Below the pieces are notes generated by a model, which worked only from the letters and a program-made list of their open reading frames with translations, made no database searches and was not told where the DNA came from. 64,000 bases of DNA from the NCBI GenBank assembly GCA_030149525.1, contig JASBRJ010000206.1:20460-84459 (forward strand), in the 5' to 3' direction. The position numbers were made by a program, and so were the translations under genes. Of this stretch, positions 38,697 through 48,407 are shown piece after piece. Origin of the DNA: a bacterium. Lineage in GTDB: Bacteria; Vulcanimicrobiota; Xenobia; Xenobiales; JADMJV01. Positions within the stretch are counted from its first letter, which is position 1; each line of letters opens with the position of its first letter.

Positions 38697-41600
38697 TTAA
38701 GCGTTCCGGGAGGCCTTCTCGGAGACCATGGGTTCCAAGATTTCTCGCAGGCCGAGCATCTGTTTGAGTGGGCCTTTTACCAATTCTCTCTCCATACGAG
38801 AGACTGACTCTCCGAAGAGAGAGAACGCTTCCAGCTTGAACTGCGTCTCCGGATCTTGCTGAGCAAGTTGCCTCCACTGAACGCCTCGGTGGAGGAGATC
38901 CATCTCTTCCAGGTGGTCGGCCCACACGCTGTCTATGGATTCAAGGAGTATGGGGCGAAGATTAGCGTCTGCCTGTCCTGGAAGCTTTTCCAGAGTTCTC
39001 ATGACTTTCCCCACATTCCGGCGAGCCAGATCTTGAACCTCGTATTCGAAGTCCTCCCGACTCATTTTCGTTCCAGCTTGTTTTTCGTCGTTCAACTGAA
39101 GAAAGGCGAGTTCGATGGGAACTTCCAGATCGTGTTGAGCTTGCTCGACGGCTTCTCGATATTCCCGGTAGGTGAACGACTTGGGCTTGGAGGGTAGATG
39201 AGAATTGACAGTGTCGATCAGGGCATTGGCGGTCATGGTTTCGAGACGGGTGGCCATCTCTTTGCCTCCCACCAAGATCTCGTTGCGAAGCGATTGATAA
39301 GTGTCGCGATGAATGTTCAGGACCTCGTCTTGCTTGTTGGAGCTCTCTCTAGCCTTGTAGTGCTCCATCTCTATCTCGCCTTGGATCTTGCCGATCACCG
39401 AGTCCACAACATCGCTTTCAATTCCCTGACCGGGCTTTAGAAAAAGACCGATGACCGAATCCAAATGGTTGGAGCCGATGACGCGGAAAAGATCGTCTTC
39501 CAGGCTGAGATAAAATTGACTGGTCCCAGGTGCCCCTTGACGACCCGACCGTCCGATCAGTTGGTCGTCGATTCGACGAGAGAAAGACCGCTCGGTTCCG
39601 TACACCTTCAGACCGTTGGTGGGGAAATCGGCACCGTCGAGGATAACCGTCTGGTCGTTCACCGCAGGTGAGACAACGTTGTCCACATCTTTGCTGTATC
39701 GGATCTGAACCGGCACATCGGAGGGGCCCTGCTGCTCGGAGCCGGGAACCACCGACGTGGGAATGCCGTCAAGCCAGGACTGAAGCCACTTCGCTTCCTT
39801 CTCTTTACTCACGGAGACGACGACGGACTTACCTTCGTTCAGGGCAGCCACCGTGCTCTGGGCCAGCTTTTGAAAATTGATCAGGTCGGGCTTAATGTTG
39901 GCACCTCGACCGGCAAGATTGGTGGCGACTGTGATGACACCGGAGCGACCGGCCTGGCTGATCATCTCGTTTTCGCCTTCTTTGTCGCCTCTCACTGTTT
40001 CTGCGTTCAAAATCTGAAGGCTCTCCCGGGGGACGCCTTTCTCCAATAAGAGTTTAGAGATCCACTCATTACTCTCCACCGAAAGAGTTCCCACAAGCAC
40101 GGGTCGTCCTTCTGAAAAATCTTGGAAAGCGGCCTCGGCGATCGCCTCAAACTTCTCATTGAGAGTGCGAAAAACAATATCGGGTTTATCTTCTCGAATG
40201 ACCGGCTTGTTGGTAGGCACCTGGACGACATCGAGTTCGTAGAGCTTGAGGAATTCATACTCCGAGGACTTGGCCGTCCCGCTCATTCCCGAAAGTCGAG
40301 GGTACTTCTTGAAGAGGTTGGGGTAGGTGATGGTTGCCGTGGTACGACTGTCCTCTTGAATCGGTAGCCCGTGCTTGGCTTCCAACGCTTGGTGAACGCC
40401 GTCGTTATAGCGTCTGCCTTCCGAGGTTCGGCCCTTATTCTGATCTACGATTTCCACTTTACCGGCAGTGATGGTGTAGTCTTTATCCACTTTGAAAAGG
40501 GCGTGGGCTTTCAAAGCGGCATAGAGAAACCGGCTCCGATGCGAGTTCTCGTCGTCAAAAAGGTTAAACCCTGGAAGTTTCTTCTCTAGATCGATTCGAG
40601 CCTTGGTTGCTTCAGAGTACTCTTTTCGGGCTTCCTCAAGCGTCGCTTCGTCCCACTCGGCTCCACGCCGGCGTGCCCACCACCCGGGTTTGGACTTCTT
40701 TACGGCGCGACTCTCATCGAACTCTCGCTGCTCCTGGGTGATCAGTCGGCTCAGTTTGTCTCGCTCGGCCAACTCTCTTTCGATTTCGGCTCGACGTTCA
40801 GGTGAAGGTCCGGCCTCAATCTCTCTGTGGAGCTGATTCTGTTGAAGTCTGTTCTCAACCCTCGCATAACCTGTTTCAGACAGCCATACAGTGTGTTTCT
40901 TCTTGTCAAAATAGTAGTCTGCGTCCGGCTTGAGGGAGCCGACGATCTGGTTGAATTCCCGGTAGTCCTGCTGATGAGCTTCTCCCTGACCGGAAATGAT
41001 GAGCGGACTACGAGCCTCGTCGATGAAAACTTCATCCACTTCGTCCACCAGGGCGAAGAAAGGCTCTCTTTGCAATTTCTGGACAGGGTTGGTTGCGGAG
41101 GTGTCTCTCAGATAATCGAATCCCAAAGCGCGGTCCGTGGTGTAGGTCACGTCGGCGGCGTAGCCCGCTCGCTTCTCGTCTTTCTTCATGTCTTCCAGGA
41201 CCGTTCCGACAGTGAGGCCGAGAAGATTGTAGGCCGGGGCCATGTCTTGGGCGTCTCGGGCGGCCAGGGTATCGTTGACCGTAACCAGGTGGGCACCCTT
41301 ACCGGCCAGGGCGTTCAAATACATGGGCAAAACGGCGGTAAGGGTTTTCCCTTCCCCGGTTTTCATCTCTGCGATGTGTCCGTCGTCCATGGCGAGAGCA
41401 CCAAGTATTTGGCAATCGTAGGGCCGCATTCCCACACTTTGAAAACACGCTTCCCGAGCTACCGCATAGGCTTCGTTGCGAATGTCGGCAAGGCTCTCAC
41501 CCGCCGCGAGTCGGGCTTTGAATTCAGCGGTCTTGGCTTGAAACTGCTCCGGCGTCTTGAGCTTCCGGGCCATGGACTCAAGCTTGTTGATCTCCTGGAG

Positions 41601-42077
41601 ATCACGACGAAAGGGATCGAGATTATCGGAGGTGAGAAGGTTGAGAAAGGCGTGCCCTAAGCGCCGGATGATCCCGGACTTGCGTCCCTGACTCAAGGGC
41701 GGCGAAGGAAGAACCCTGGGAGCTTGGCTTGCGGTTTCCGGTCCTTTACTCACCTCAGCAGCCATTTGAGCCAGGGTTTTTGGCGCCTCACTCACCGACT
41801 GGATGGCGGTTGTGGGCTCCTCCAGAACCACTTTCGGACCGTTCTGAAAATTGTTGGCTGGAGCCGACGGCTTCTTCACCGGCTCCGACGTCACCGGCTT
41901 AGGAAGACTCTCGGAACTCTTTTTCGGTGGCTCTACCCGCATCTCCGGGGTGAGGACAAGAACTTCATCGGAGGGAACGGAAGGTTCCGCTGCCCCGCGT
42001 ATTGACGGAACAGTCTGCGGGCCTACACGCTTGTGAGGCGCGCGGACTTCAGGCCTTTTTGACTGGATCGGTTCCAT
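38697..42077 (-). CDS. secA: Preprotein translocase ATPase SecA (with N-terminal extension)
   Basis: Walker A MKTGEGKTL, the DEVD box (LVDEVDEVFIDEA), the helicase motifs and the C-terminal scaffold are all present. The canonical SecA N-terminus aligns from about residue 135; the first ~130 aa are P/S/K-rich, and the region between ISG and KAHALF is about 60 aa longer than in E. coli. Confidence 0.9.
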   Translation of the reverse strand: MEPIQSKRPEVRAPHKRVGPQTVPSIRGAAEPSVPSDEVLVLTPEMRVEPPKKSSESLPKPVTSEPVKKPSAPANNFQNGPKVVLEEPTTAIQSVSEAPKTLAQMAAEVSKGPETASQAPRVLPSPPLSQGRKSGIIRRLGHAFLNLLTSDNLDPFRRDLQEINKLESMARKLKTPEQFQAKTAEFKARLAAGESLADIRNEAYAVAREACFQSVGMRPYDCQILGALAMDDGHIAEMKTGEGKTLTAVLPMYLNALAGKGAHLVTVNDTLAARDAQDMAPAYNLLGLTVGTVLEDMKKDEKRAGYAADVTYTTDRALGFDYLRDTSATNPVQKLQREPFFALVDEVDEVFIDEARSPLIISGQGEAHQQDYREFNQIVGSLKPDADYYFDKKKHTVWLSETGYARVENRLQQNQLHREIEAGPSPERRAEIERELAERDKLSRLITQEQREFDESRAVKKSKPGWWARRRGAEWDEATLEEARKEYSEATKARIDLEKKLPGFNLFDDENSHRSRFLYAALKAHALFKVDKDYTITAGKVEIVDQNKGRTSEGRRYNDGVHQALEAKHGLPIQEDSRTTATITYPNLFKKYPRLSGMSGTAKSSEYEFLKLYELDVVQVPTNKPVIREDKPDIVFRTLNEKFEAIAEAAFQDFSEGRPVLVGTLSVESNEWISKLLLEKGVPRESLQILNAETVRGDKEGENEMISQAGRSGVITVATNLAGRGANIKPDLINFQKLAQSTVAALNEGKSVVVSVSKEKEAKWLQSWLDGIPTSVVPGSEQQGPSDVPVQIRYSKDVDNVVSPAVNDQTVILDGADFPTNGLKVYGTERSFSRRIDDQLIGRSGRQGAPGTSQFYLSLEDDLFRVIGSNHLDSVIGLFLKPGQGIESDVVDSVIGKIQGEIEMEHYKARESSNKQDEVLNIHRDTYQSLRNEILVGGKEMATRLETMTANALIDTVNSHLPSKPKSFTYREYREAVEQAQHDLEVPIELAFLQLNDEKQAGTKMSREDFEYEVQDLARRNVGKVMRTLEKLPGQADANLRPILLESIDSVWADHLEEMDLLHRGVQWRQLAQQDPETQFKLEAFSLFGESVSRMERELVKGPLKQMLGLREILEPMVSEKASRNA

Positions 42078-42338
42078 GCCTTAAACGAATTGGCTAACCG
42101 GTTGCATGCGACCTCCGCCCAAGCGGGGAGTTGACGCAATGTTTACAAGGACTATCCGCTGATGCCGGCGCTGAGAATGGCAACATCCACATCGCTGAGA
42201 TGCTTGTTGTCGTCGACTAGTTGGTGAAAGAGGTCTATGTAGATCGTTCTTTTTATCACCTTTTAACCCTAACAGGGTACAGCAGCGAGTTTTTTGCCGG
42301 AATGTGACGGTCGCGTTAAAAATGGCTTTGTAAAGCCG

Positions 42339-42755
42339 TTAATCGCTCCAAGTTGTGGTGAATTTGCCGGTTCTTCGATCGTAGACCAGGGATTGTCGGA
42401 CTGCCGCTTCGGCATAGCCGACGAAGTCGTTCCAGTAGAAATAGAGCGTCTCACCTTCTTCGTCGTTGGAAATGTGGAGAACGGCCCGGTCTCTCACTTT
42501 GACCTTGTTGCCTTCGAAGGTGACGGGCCAGCGGTAAACCCTTTTCCAAGGCAAACCTTGGTAGACATCGAGGTAGGTCTGATCGTTGGTGTTGGAAAGA
42601 ACGCCATAGAAATAGACTTCTTTCTCGTCCTTGTAAACGGTGACCAGATCTCGATCGAGCACCTGAAGGGCCGGATCGTCTTTGGGAAGTTCTTCCCAGG
42701 CGTTGGCGTTGAGCGTAAGGAGCAGACAAAAGAGTGCGAGGAGTAGCTTTTTCAT
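42339..42755 (-). CDS. Small secreted protein
   Basis: Signal peptide MKKLLLALFCLLLTLNANA. The start was taken at this Met rather than the upstream ORF-track start. Confidence 0.5.
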   Translation of the reverse strand: MKKLLLALFCLLLTLNANAWEELPKDDPALQVLDRDLVTVYKDEKEVYFYGVLSNTNDQTYLDVYQGLPWKRVYRWPVTFEGNKVKVRDRAVLHISNDEEGETLYFYWNDFVGYAEAAVRQSLVYDRRTGKFTTTWSD

Positions 42756-42825
42756 GGAGCCGGTTTCGTGGTGTTTTTGGGTGGTCCCGCCTGAGCAAAA
42801 GCTTAAAGCAGCCCTAGCCCTCATT

Positions 42826-43668
42826 CTACCTATCGAATCGCCAAAGTTGCCGATTGGGTCGAAAGCCGCACAGTTGGGTGGCCACGTAAAACGATCTTTC
42901 GTTGGAAGCTGAGATCTCACCCACATAAAACTCGTAGCCTTTTTTCAGCAGGAGATTCTCGGCCGTGAGGACGAGAAATTGGGCAACCCCCTGACCCCAG
43001 TGGCTTTTTTGAACTCCGATATCCACCACCCAGGCCGTCCTTCGTTCGTCAAGCCTTAGAAGCAAGTAGCCTACGCGCTGCCGGCCACTGTCTTCAGCCA
43101 CGTAAAGCCGATACTCGGAACCCTCTGAATAGTCGAGCTTCAACAGAGACTGGGTCAGGATCCGGCTATAGGCGGAGAGTTCAGATTGTCGATGAGGGGG
43201 GAGAGTATGGGAGGCCACGGTGACGGCCAGCGCTGTGAGGAACGAGCGGTCGGATTCTTTGCCGCAGCGGAGTGTGAACGGATAATCAATGGATTGAGAA
43301 GACATGGGTTTACTCACGAAGCTTCTCAGGGGATAGAACCCGTGGCCTAGAAGAGTTTCACACCAGTCTCCCTCGGAGAAGAAAGCGGACGCCACCAGCG
43401 GCAACTCAGAAAGTTCACGCTTGGACTGCTCTAACAGAGCATCGACTTTACCCTCTGAGGCCCATAAGAGGGCGAGCGGCCTTTGAGTGTCGCGCTCAAG
43501 AGCGGTGGCGTCCCAGGCCAGAAAGCTGTCTTGTTCCTGAAAGAGTCTCGGTGCTTGACCCGATTCTAGATAGGCCAGTCTTTGGCTGCGACTATGCTCG
43601 AGATCCTCGGGGCGAAGACACTCTGGGAAGCTCGACTGGGATTCTACCCAAGCTTTGAGGTCAATCAA
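42826..43668 (-). CDS. GNAT-family N-acetyltransferase (C-terminal domain) with N-terminal extension
   Basis: The C-terminal 120 aa show the GNAT motif A pattern (VVDIGVQKSHWGQGVAQFLV). Confidence 0.55.
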   Translation of the reverse strand: MIDLKAWVESQSSFPECLRPEDLEHSRSQRLAYLESGQAPRLFQEQDSFLAWDATALERDTQRPLALLWASEGKVDALLEQSKRELSELPLVASAFFSEGDWCETLLGHGFYPLRSFVSKPMSSQSIDYPFTLRCGKESDRSFLTALAVTVASHTLPPHRQSELSAYSRILTQSLLKLDYSEGSEYRLYVAEDSGRQRVGYLLLRLDERRTAWVVDIGVQKSHWGQGVAQFLVLTAENLLLKKGYEFYVGEISASNERSFYVATQLCGFRPNRQLWRFDR

Positions 43669-44920
43669 CTTTCAACCCGCATTCGAAGAAGTGGGCGTAT
43701 AAAAACGGAAACCCGATGAGATCGGTGGTCGGATTGATGGGGCTCCCCAGATGACGGAAAGCTGCCAGATGTTGCACACGATACATGTTGTTGTAGACGT
43801 AGCGGCTGAAGTGGTTCTGCTGCTGTAGTATGTGGAGTCCAAGTTCATCGAGATCGGACCAGAATTTTTCCGGAGACTCCAGCAAACCCGGAAAAGTGGA
43901 AAGGAAGAGGCGGCTTTCGTCGTTCTTCTTGAGTGATGTTTTGGCGCATTCCAGAAAGAACCGCATCCCGTCGTCGGCGTAGGGTGGGTCGGTGGTCACG
44001 GCATCGTATTTGTCCTTCATCGAGTCGGGGACACCGTGGCGTAGATTATGCTCCAGAATCGTGAAGCGATTGTTTGACCTCTCCTTGAGGAAAGCTACTA
44101 GATCGGCGTCTAACTCGAGAATATCGACCTGAAGTGTGTCGGTCATCTCCACCAGAGCCAGGCCCACCAGGTCGTCGTCTCCCAAGACGAGAACTCTAGA
44201 GCCCGGCTTCAGGGCGTCTATGATTCGGCGGGCCCGAAGCTGAGTGGTTCTGGGAATGCAAAACTGTTGCTCGTATCGGAGCTTGAGAGCCGGTCGATCA
44301 AAAAAGAGTTTGACCAGATGGACATCGAGGTCTTCACTCTGGTCTTCCAGGTCGTGCTCTAGAAACGCCCGGCAGTGATCGAAGATGAAGTCGACCAGCC
44401 GAACCGGTTTGGTCATGAGTGGTCCCACATGCTCTGCCGGCCCCTGATAGGGCTGAGGCATAGAGTGCTCGCGGTAGAGTTTCTCCGTGCGTGCCAATCG
44501 ATTGAGCAGTTCCTCTCGGTCGGCGGCCGCCTCCAAGACCTCTCCGGTATGACTGGAAATATACTCCCGCATACTGAGGTCCATACGATGGACAAAGTCC
44601 GGCCAATCCTCCTCACCGGTGAGAACCAATCTGGCTCGATGAGCCCTTTCCAACCATTTGTCGCTAAGATCGGCATCGCCGTTCTGCAACGCCTGGAGCT
44701 TGTCCCAGGAATCTTCCTGAGCCAAAATGCGAGTGCCGAAGGCGAGGTTGATGAGAAGAACTTCCTGGGTTGTATTGCCGAACCGGGCGTCGAGATGGGG
44801 GCTGAGTCGGGGGACTTTGCTCATCTTGTTCGATTGCTTCTGGTCCTCCCAAGTCCCTTCCGCAGGTATCAGAATGGGAGACAAGAAGCCTGTTCTATGC
44901 TGCCACGCCAAGAGTCTCAT
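43661..44920 (-). CDS. DUF43-like putative aminopropyltransferase (branched-chain polyamine synthase BpsA-like)
   Basis: VLVLGDDDLVGLAL and TTDPPY motifs, as in DUF43 / bis-aminopropyl-spermidine synthases. The start is uncertain (TTG at 45022, ATG at 44920 or 44824). Confidence 0.5.
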   Translation of the reverse strand: MRLLAWQHRTGFLSPILIPAEGTWEDQKQSNKMSKVPRLSPHLDARFGNTTQEVLLINLAFGTRILAQEDSWDKLQALQNGDADLSDKWLERAHRARLVLTGEEDWPDFVHRMDLSMREYISSHTGEVLEAAADREELLNRLARTEKLYREHSMPQPYQGPAEHVGPLMTKPVRLVDFIFDHCRAFLEHDLEDQSEDLDVHLVKLFFDRPALKLRYEQQFCIPRTTQLRARRIIDALKPGSRVLVLGDDDLVGLALVEMTDTLQVDILELDADLVAFLKERSNNRFTILEHNLRHGVPDSMKDKYDAVTTDPPYADDGMRFFLECAKTSLKKNDESRLFLSTFPGLLESPEKFWSDLDELGLHILQQQNHFSRYVYNNMYRVQHLAAFRHLGSPINPTTDLIGFPFLYAHFFECGLKVD

Positions 44921-45007
44921 CACCCTCTCGACAAAGTCCGCTTCGGCCTCATGGTGGCCATAGGCGGAGAAGACCCGAAAGAGACCCTCGAAGTGATTGC
45001 TCAACAG

Positions 45008-46543
45008 ATGTCTACCGTGCAAAACGAACTGGCGGAGATTCCTAAAAGGGCACTGGAGCTAGGGCCTGACTTCGAGGCGAGTGCGGGGGATAAACTTCGC
45101 CGCTTGCTTGCCGTTTTTCAACGTTACTCCACCTGGTTGGACCGGACCAGAACGGCTCTCACCGGTGGTGATACAGCTTCGATGATGGAGTTGCACGAAG
45201 AGAGCCAAGATCTTCTCCCCACCATCACGGAGGCTCTGGACGCTTACAATAGAGCGTTTGCAAATTTCGGTCCGTTCCAAAGCGCGGTCACCAACTCTCT
45301 CCGGCGTGTGGCCGAGGGTATTGAAGCGGGCAGAGTCGTGCCCGCTACCTGGAGCCAGTATGCGGAGTTTTATCAGTCTGAGTTGAAATCCAAGTTGGAG
45401 AGTCTGATGCAGCTTGACCTTCCAGGCCGAACTCCCCTTCTGGAGGGTTATGCCGAAGCCCTGAAATTGGTATCGCAGATGGCCGCTGAGCCCCCTGCAG
45501 CCGCAGACAGCGTCAACAAGGCTCTCGACTTGCTGGATGCTTCTCTGGCTCCGGCCGAGATTTTGGAATCCGTCCTGGCCGAATCTCAAAAGGAGAAAGC
45601 TGCGAAGATACCGGCCACGGCAGCACTTCTCCATGTGGTGAAGAATGCTCGCGAGCTTTTGGGAGAAGAGCTCGTGCTGGCCGTTCTCGACGACTATAAC
45701 GAGACGGTCGAAGGCTACCTTGAGACCTTTGAAAGAGCTGTGGCCCGACCCACTCATTCCGATCTCATACGAGAGGAAATACCGCGCACGCTCGACACCA
45801 TCGACAGTCACTTTATGCTCATTGAGGAACTCAACGATGCTCTGGAGGCGGGAGAGACGACACTGGAAGAGCTTCTTCAGAAGATTCAACAGAGCGCGGA
45901 CCGTTTGGTGGAGTCCCGGGAGGTCTACGAGGTGGCGGCCCTTCACCATTCCTACAAAGCCTGTCCCTCTTGTTCAAGATCGAATCCGCCCGAGAACCTT
46001 TCTTGCGAGGCGTGTGGGGAACTGCTACCACGCGTGGATCGAACGGCGAGAACTCCCTCGTCCACTTTCAGTTTGATGTCGGGTCCGATTTCTGAGGAAA
46101 CGCAGCAAGCGGAGATGACGGAGAATGTGGCGCGACTTTTTCAGGCCTGCGACGACGTCCACGACAAAAAGATCGGGCGCGAGCAGTTCAAAGAGGAACT
46201 GAAGCGGGCGGCTGATTCCCTCGCCGATTTCGTAGAGGAATACGAGAATCAAGTGAATTTGGCTTTGGATGAGTCACTCTTTAGCCCCGAAGAATGGCAG
46301 AGTTGGAAAAGCCATCACCTGCCGCACCTGGAAGACCTGGCTATTAGCTATCATAGCGGGATCGAGGATCTTCGAAGCGGGTTGGTGAGTATGGAAGCCT
46401 ATCTCAAAGAGCCGGAGCGCGATCATCTGGTGGAGGGAGTCCGGCTTTACTGGCAAGGCATCCAGGCTATCCATCGCGGAAAACTCGCCATACAGACTCA
46501 CGCCAAGCTTCTAGACGACTTATTCAAAGAGTCCCAGAATTAG
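45008..46543 (+). CDS. Hypothetical alpha-helical protein with an internal zinc ribbon
   Basis: 511-aa helical, acidic product with CPSCSRSNPPENLSCEACG (CxxC-x11-CxxC). The start was taken at MSTVQNELAEI to avoid overlapping the divergent DUF43 gene. Confidence 0.5.
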   Translation: MSTVQNELAEIPKRALELGPDFEASAGDKLRRLLAVFQRYSTWLDRTRTALTGGDTASMMELHEESQDLLPTITEALDAYNRAFANFGPFQSAVTNSLRRVAEGIEAGRVVPATWSQYAEFYQSELKSKLESLMQLDLPGRTPLLEGYAEALKLVSQMAAEPPAAADSVNKALDLLDASLAPAEILESVLAESQKEKAAKIPATAALLHVVKNARELLGEELVLAVLDDYNETVEGYLETFERAVARPTHSDLIREEIPRTLDTIDSHFMLIEELNDALEAGETTLEELLQKIQQSADRLVESREVYEVAALHHSYKACPSCSRSNPPENLSCEACGELLPRVDRTARTPSSTFSLMSGPISEETQQAEMTENVARLFQACDDVHDKKIGREQFKEELKRAADSLADFVEEYENQVNLALDESLFSPEEWQSWKSHHLPHLEDLAISYHSGIEDLRSGLVSMEAYLKEPERDHLVEGVRLYWQGIQAIHRGKLAIQTHAKLLDDLFKESQN

Positions 46544-47775
46544 ATCCCCATGTTGGCAAAGGCTGCCACTCGTCCGTCCGGATCGATCTGGTGGAGTTTC
46601 CTGGCCTCGGCCATGGCTAGCCCCTCTTTACCCTGGCGCTTGTAGAGCCGAATCAAGGCGGTTCGTATCTTCAATCCGTAAATCGTATCTTCCGAGAGTC
46701 GCGCAGCTTTTCTCAGAGCTTTGATCGTCTTTTGCACGTCCCCATTGATCTCTCGGGCCTGGGCTTCCGTCCAACAAGGAGCGTAGGCCTTGCGGTCAAG
46801 CTTCTGAGCGGTCAGAGAGTGTTTTAAGGAATCCTCCGGGCGACCCAGTGAAAGCAGCAACTCAGCGCAGAGATTGTGCAAATACAGTTGGCCGTCCTGG
46901 GAGAGTCCTGGGAGGGAGAGTATCTCCTCCCACACCACCAGCGCTTCTTCATACCTCTTGAGGGCGTGAAGACTTGTTCCCTTGAGATAAAGTTCTTCCA
47001 CCCCGGGGTTTGCCAGGTCGTCAAGCTCCAATAGAGCGTCTTCGTATTGCCGGCAACGAACCCTGGCAGCCAATTTATCGAGAGGGCGCTCAAAATACTC
47101 CTCGGCTTCACTACGTATCACATCGTTTTCAAGCCACGGTTTGGCCAGTCGACGTTGCGCGTCGGGAGTAAAGCCGCCTTTCACCGAATAGGCCACCGTG
47201 GTAAGAAGGCTTGGAACGGAGCGGATGGCCCGGGCGAACATGTCAGACTCTTGCCAAACCGTTCCGTCGTCGTTAAGGAAGTAGTCCACATCAATGTCCA
47301 GTAGGACCGGCTCCTCGGGCAACTCAAGAGCCTCTAAAGGCCCCATCTCAAAAGGGATCCCCAAAAGCGTTCCATGGACGCGTCGACCCTCATAGCTGAG
47401 AGAGCGAAACTCCTGGGGTGACAGTTCGAACCATTCGTTGAGGTGATGTTTGGCCCAGGTGAGAAGGCCCGCTTCAGGGAGATCCGGAGGCAAGACCCAG
47501 GTGAGTTTTCCCACGATCCCTTCCTTTATGGCCGGATAAATGTAGTTTCCGCAATGCAGGCCCCCCCAGGGAAGATAACTGTTTCCCAAAGCACCCTGCT
47601 CAAGAACCTCTTGCGGCGTGCGGCAGTTCTTAATCAGGCGCAGACGCTCTTCGCTGAGTCCGGTACGACCTATGTCCAGGTGAGCATCCACATGCCAACA
47701 CCAGGCGTTCTGGACCCGGTGTGATTTCCAAGCGAAGTAGGCGTGGTAGTGCTCTTCCATCAGAATAACACTCAT
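46540..47775 (-). CDS. UPF0489-family domain fused to C-terminal TPR repeats
   Basis: N-terminus MEEHYHAYFAWK ... WHVDAHLD ... LLDIDVDYF (UPF0489 EDHHE / DSHPD / DIDLDFF pattern); TPR-like helices in the last ~150 aa. Confidence 0.55.
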   Translation of the reverse strand: MSVILMEEHYHAYFAWKSHRVQNAWCWHVDAHLDIGRTGLSEERLRLIKNCRTPQEVLEQGALGNSYLPWGGLHCGNYIYPAIKEGIVGKLTWVLPPDLPEAGLLTWAKHHLNEWFELSPQEFRSLSYEGRRVHGTLLGIPFEMGPLEALELPEEPVLLDIDVDYFLNDDGTVWQESDMFARAIRSVPSLLTTVAYSVKGGFTPDAQRRLAKPWLENDVIRSEAEEYFERPLDKLAARVRCRQYEDALLELDDLANPGVEELYLKGTSLHALKRYEEALVVWEEILSLPGLSQDGQLYLHNLCAELLLSLGRPEDSLKHSLTAQKLDRKAYAPCWTEAQAREINGDVQKTIKALRKAARLSEDTIYGLKIRTALIRLYKRQGKEGLAMAEARKLHQIDPDGRVAAFANMGI

Positions 47776-48374
47776 GCGTCCTCACCTCGTTTTCTCTTCC
47801 GCCGTCTGGCATGAATTCTAGCCAGTCTCCGGGCCACGGCTTTTCTCTGTTCACGCTCTTTCTCGGCCTCTTCCATGATTTGGCGAGCTTGCGGTGTACA
47901 GGCGCGAAAAAAACTGTAGCTTTCCAGCACGCAGTCGTATCGGCCGGCGGTGTTGATGAGGCGATTATCGGCTCGACATTCTCCCGACATGAAATGCACT
48001 CCCAGATCTCCTGTGAGAGTGGCGGCAGCCTCAAAGAGAAGGATACCGATGTTGTGTCCGGCGTAGCCGGGTACCACGGCAAAATCTTCTACACAGGTTT
48101 GGCGACGACCCAACTGATCGAGGTCGAACAGATTCAGCATGAGATAGCCCACCCGGAGGTTGTTTTTCTCACGATCTACGGCCACCAGAAATCGAAAGCT
48201 TCCTTCCTGAGCGAAACGCACCAACTCGGGGAACTCTTTTTCGATGAAGTCGGCGCATTCGCTGGGAGAGGAACGCGGTCCGCCTAACGTATGAATCGAC
48301 GCCTCAACCGCCAGTTCACGAATCCAATTCGTGTCCTCCGGTCCGGCGTCGATAACCTCAAATCTCTGACCCAT
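47772..48374 (-). CDS. GNAT-family acetyltransferase with a basic tail
   Basis: GNAT core (VGYLML ... VVPGYAGHNIGILL) and C-terminal RRLARIHARRRKRKRGEDA. Its start overlaps the upstream gene stop by 4 nt. Confidence 0.5.
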   Translation of the reverse strand: MGQRFEVIDAGPEDTNWIRELAVEASIHTLGGPRSSPSECADFIEKEFPELVRFAQEGSFRFLVAVDREKNNLRVGYLMLNLFDLDQLGRRQTCVEDFAVVPGYAGHNIGILLFEAAATLTGDLGVHFMSGECRADNRLINTAGRYDCVLESYSFFRACTPQARQIMEEAEKEREQRKAVARRLARIHARRRKRKRGEDA

Positions 48375-48407
48375 AGAGGGAGATGTTGAAGAGGCGGGGA
48401 TTTTTTC

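Noticed and set aside
44375-45007. 5' extension of the 722-aa plus-strand ORF overlapping the DUF43 gene
   Set aside because: It would overlap the divergent gene by more than 600 nt. The in-frame ATG at 45008 gives a sensible divergent arrangement.
45059-45949. 296-aa minus-strand ORF inside the 45008..46543 gene
   Set aside because: Antisense mirror ORF with an Arg/Leu-rich, non-protein-like composition.
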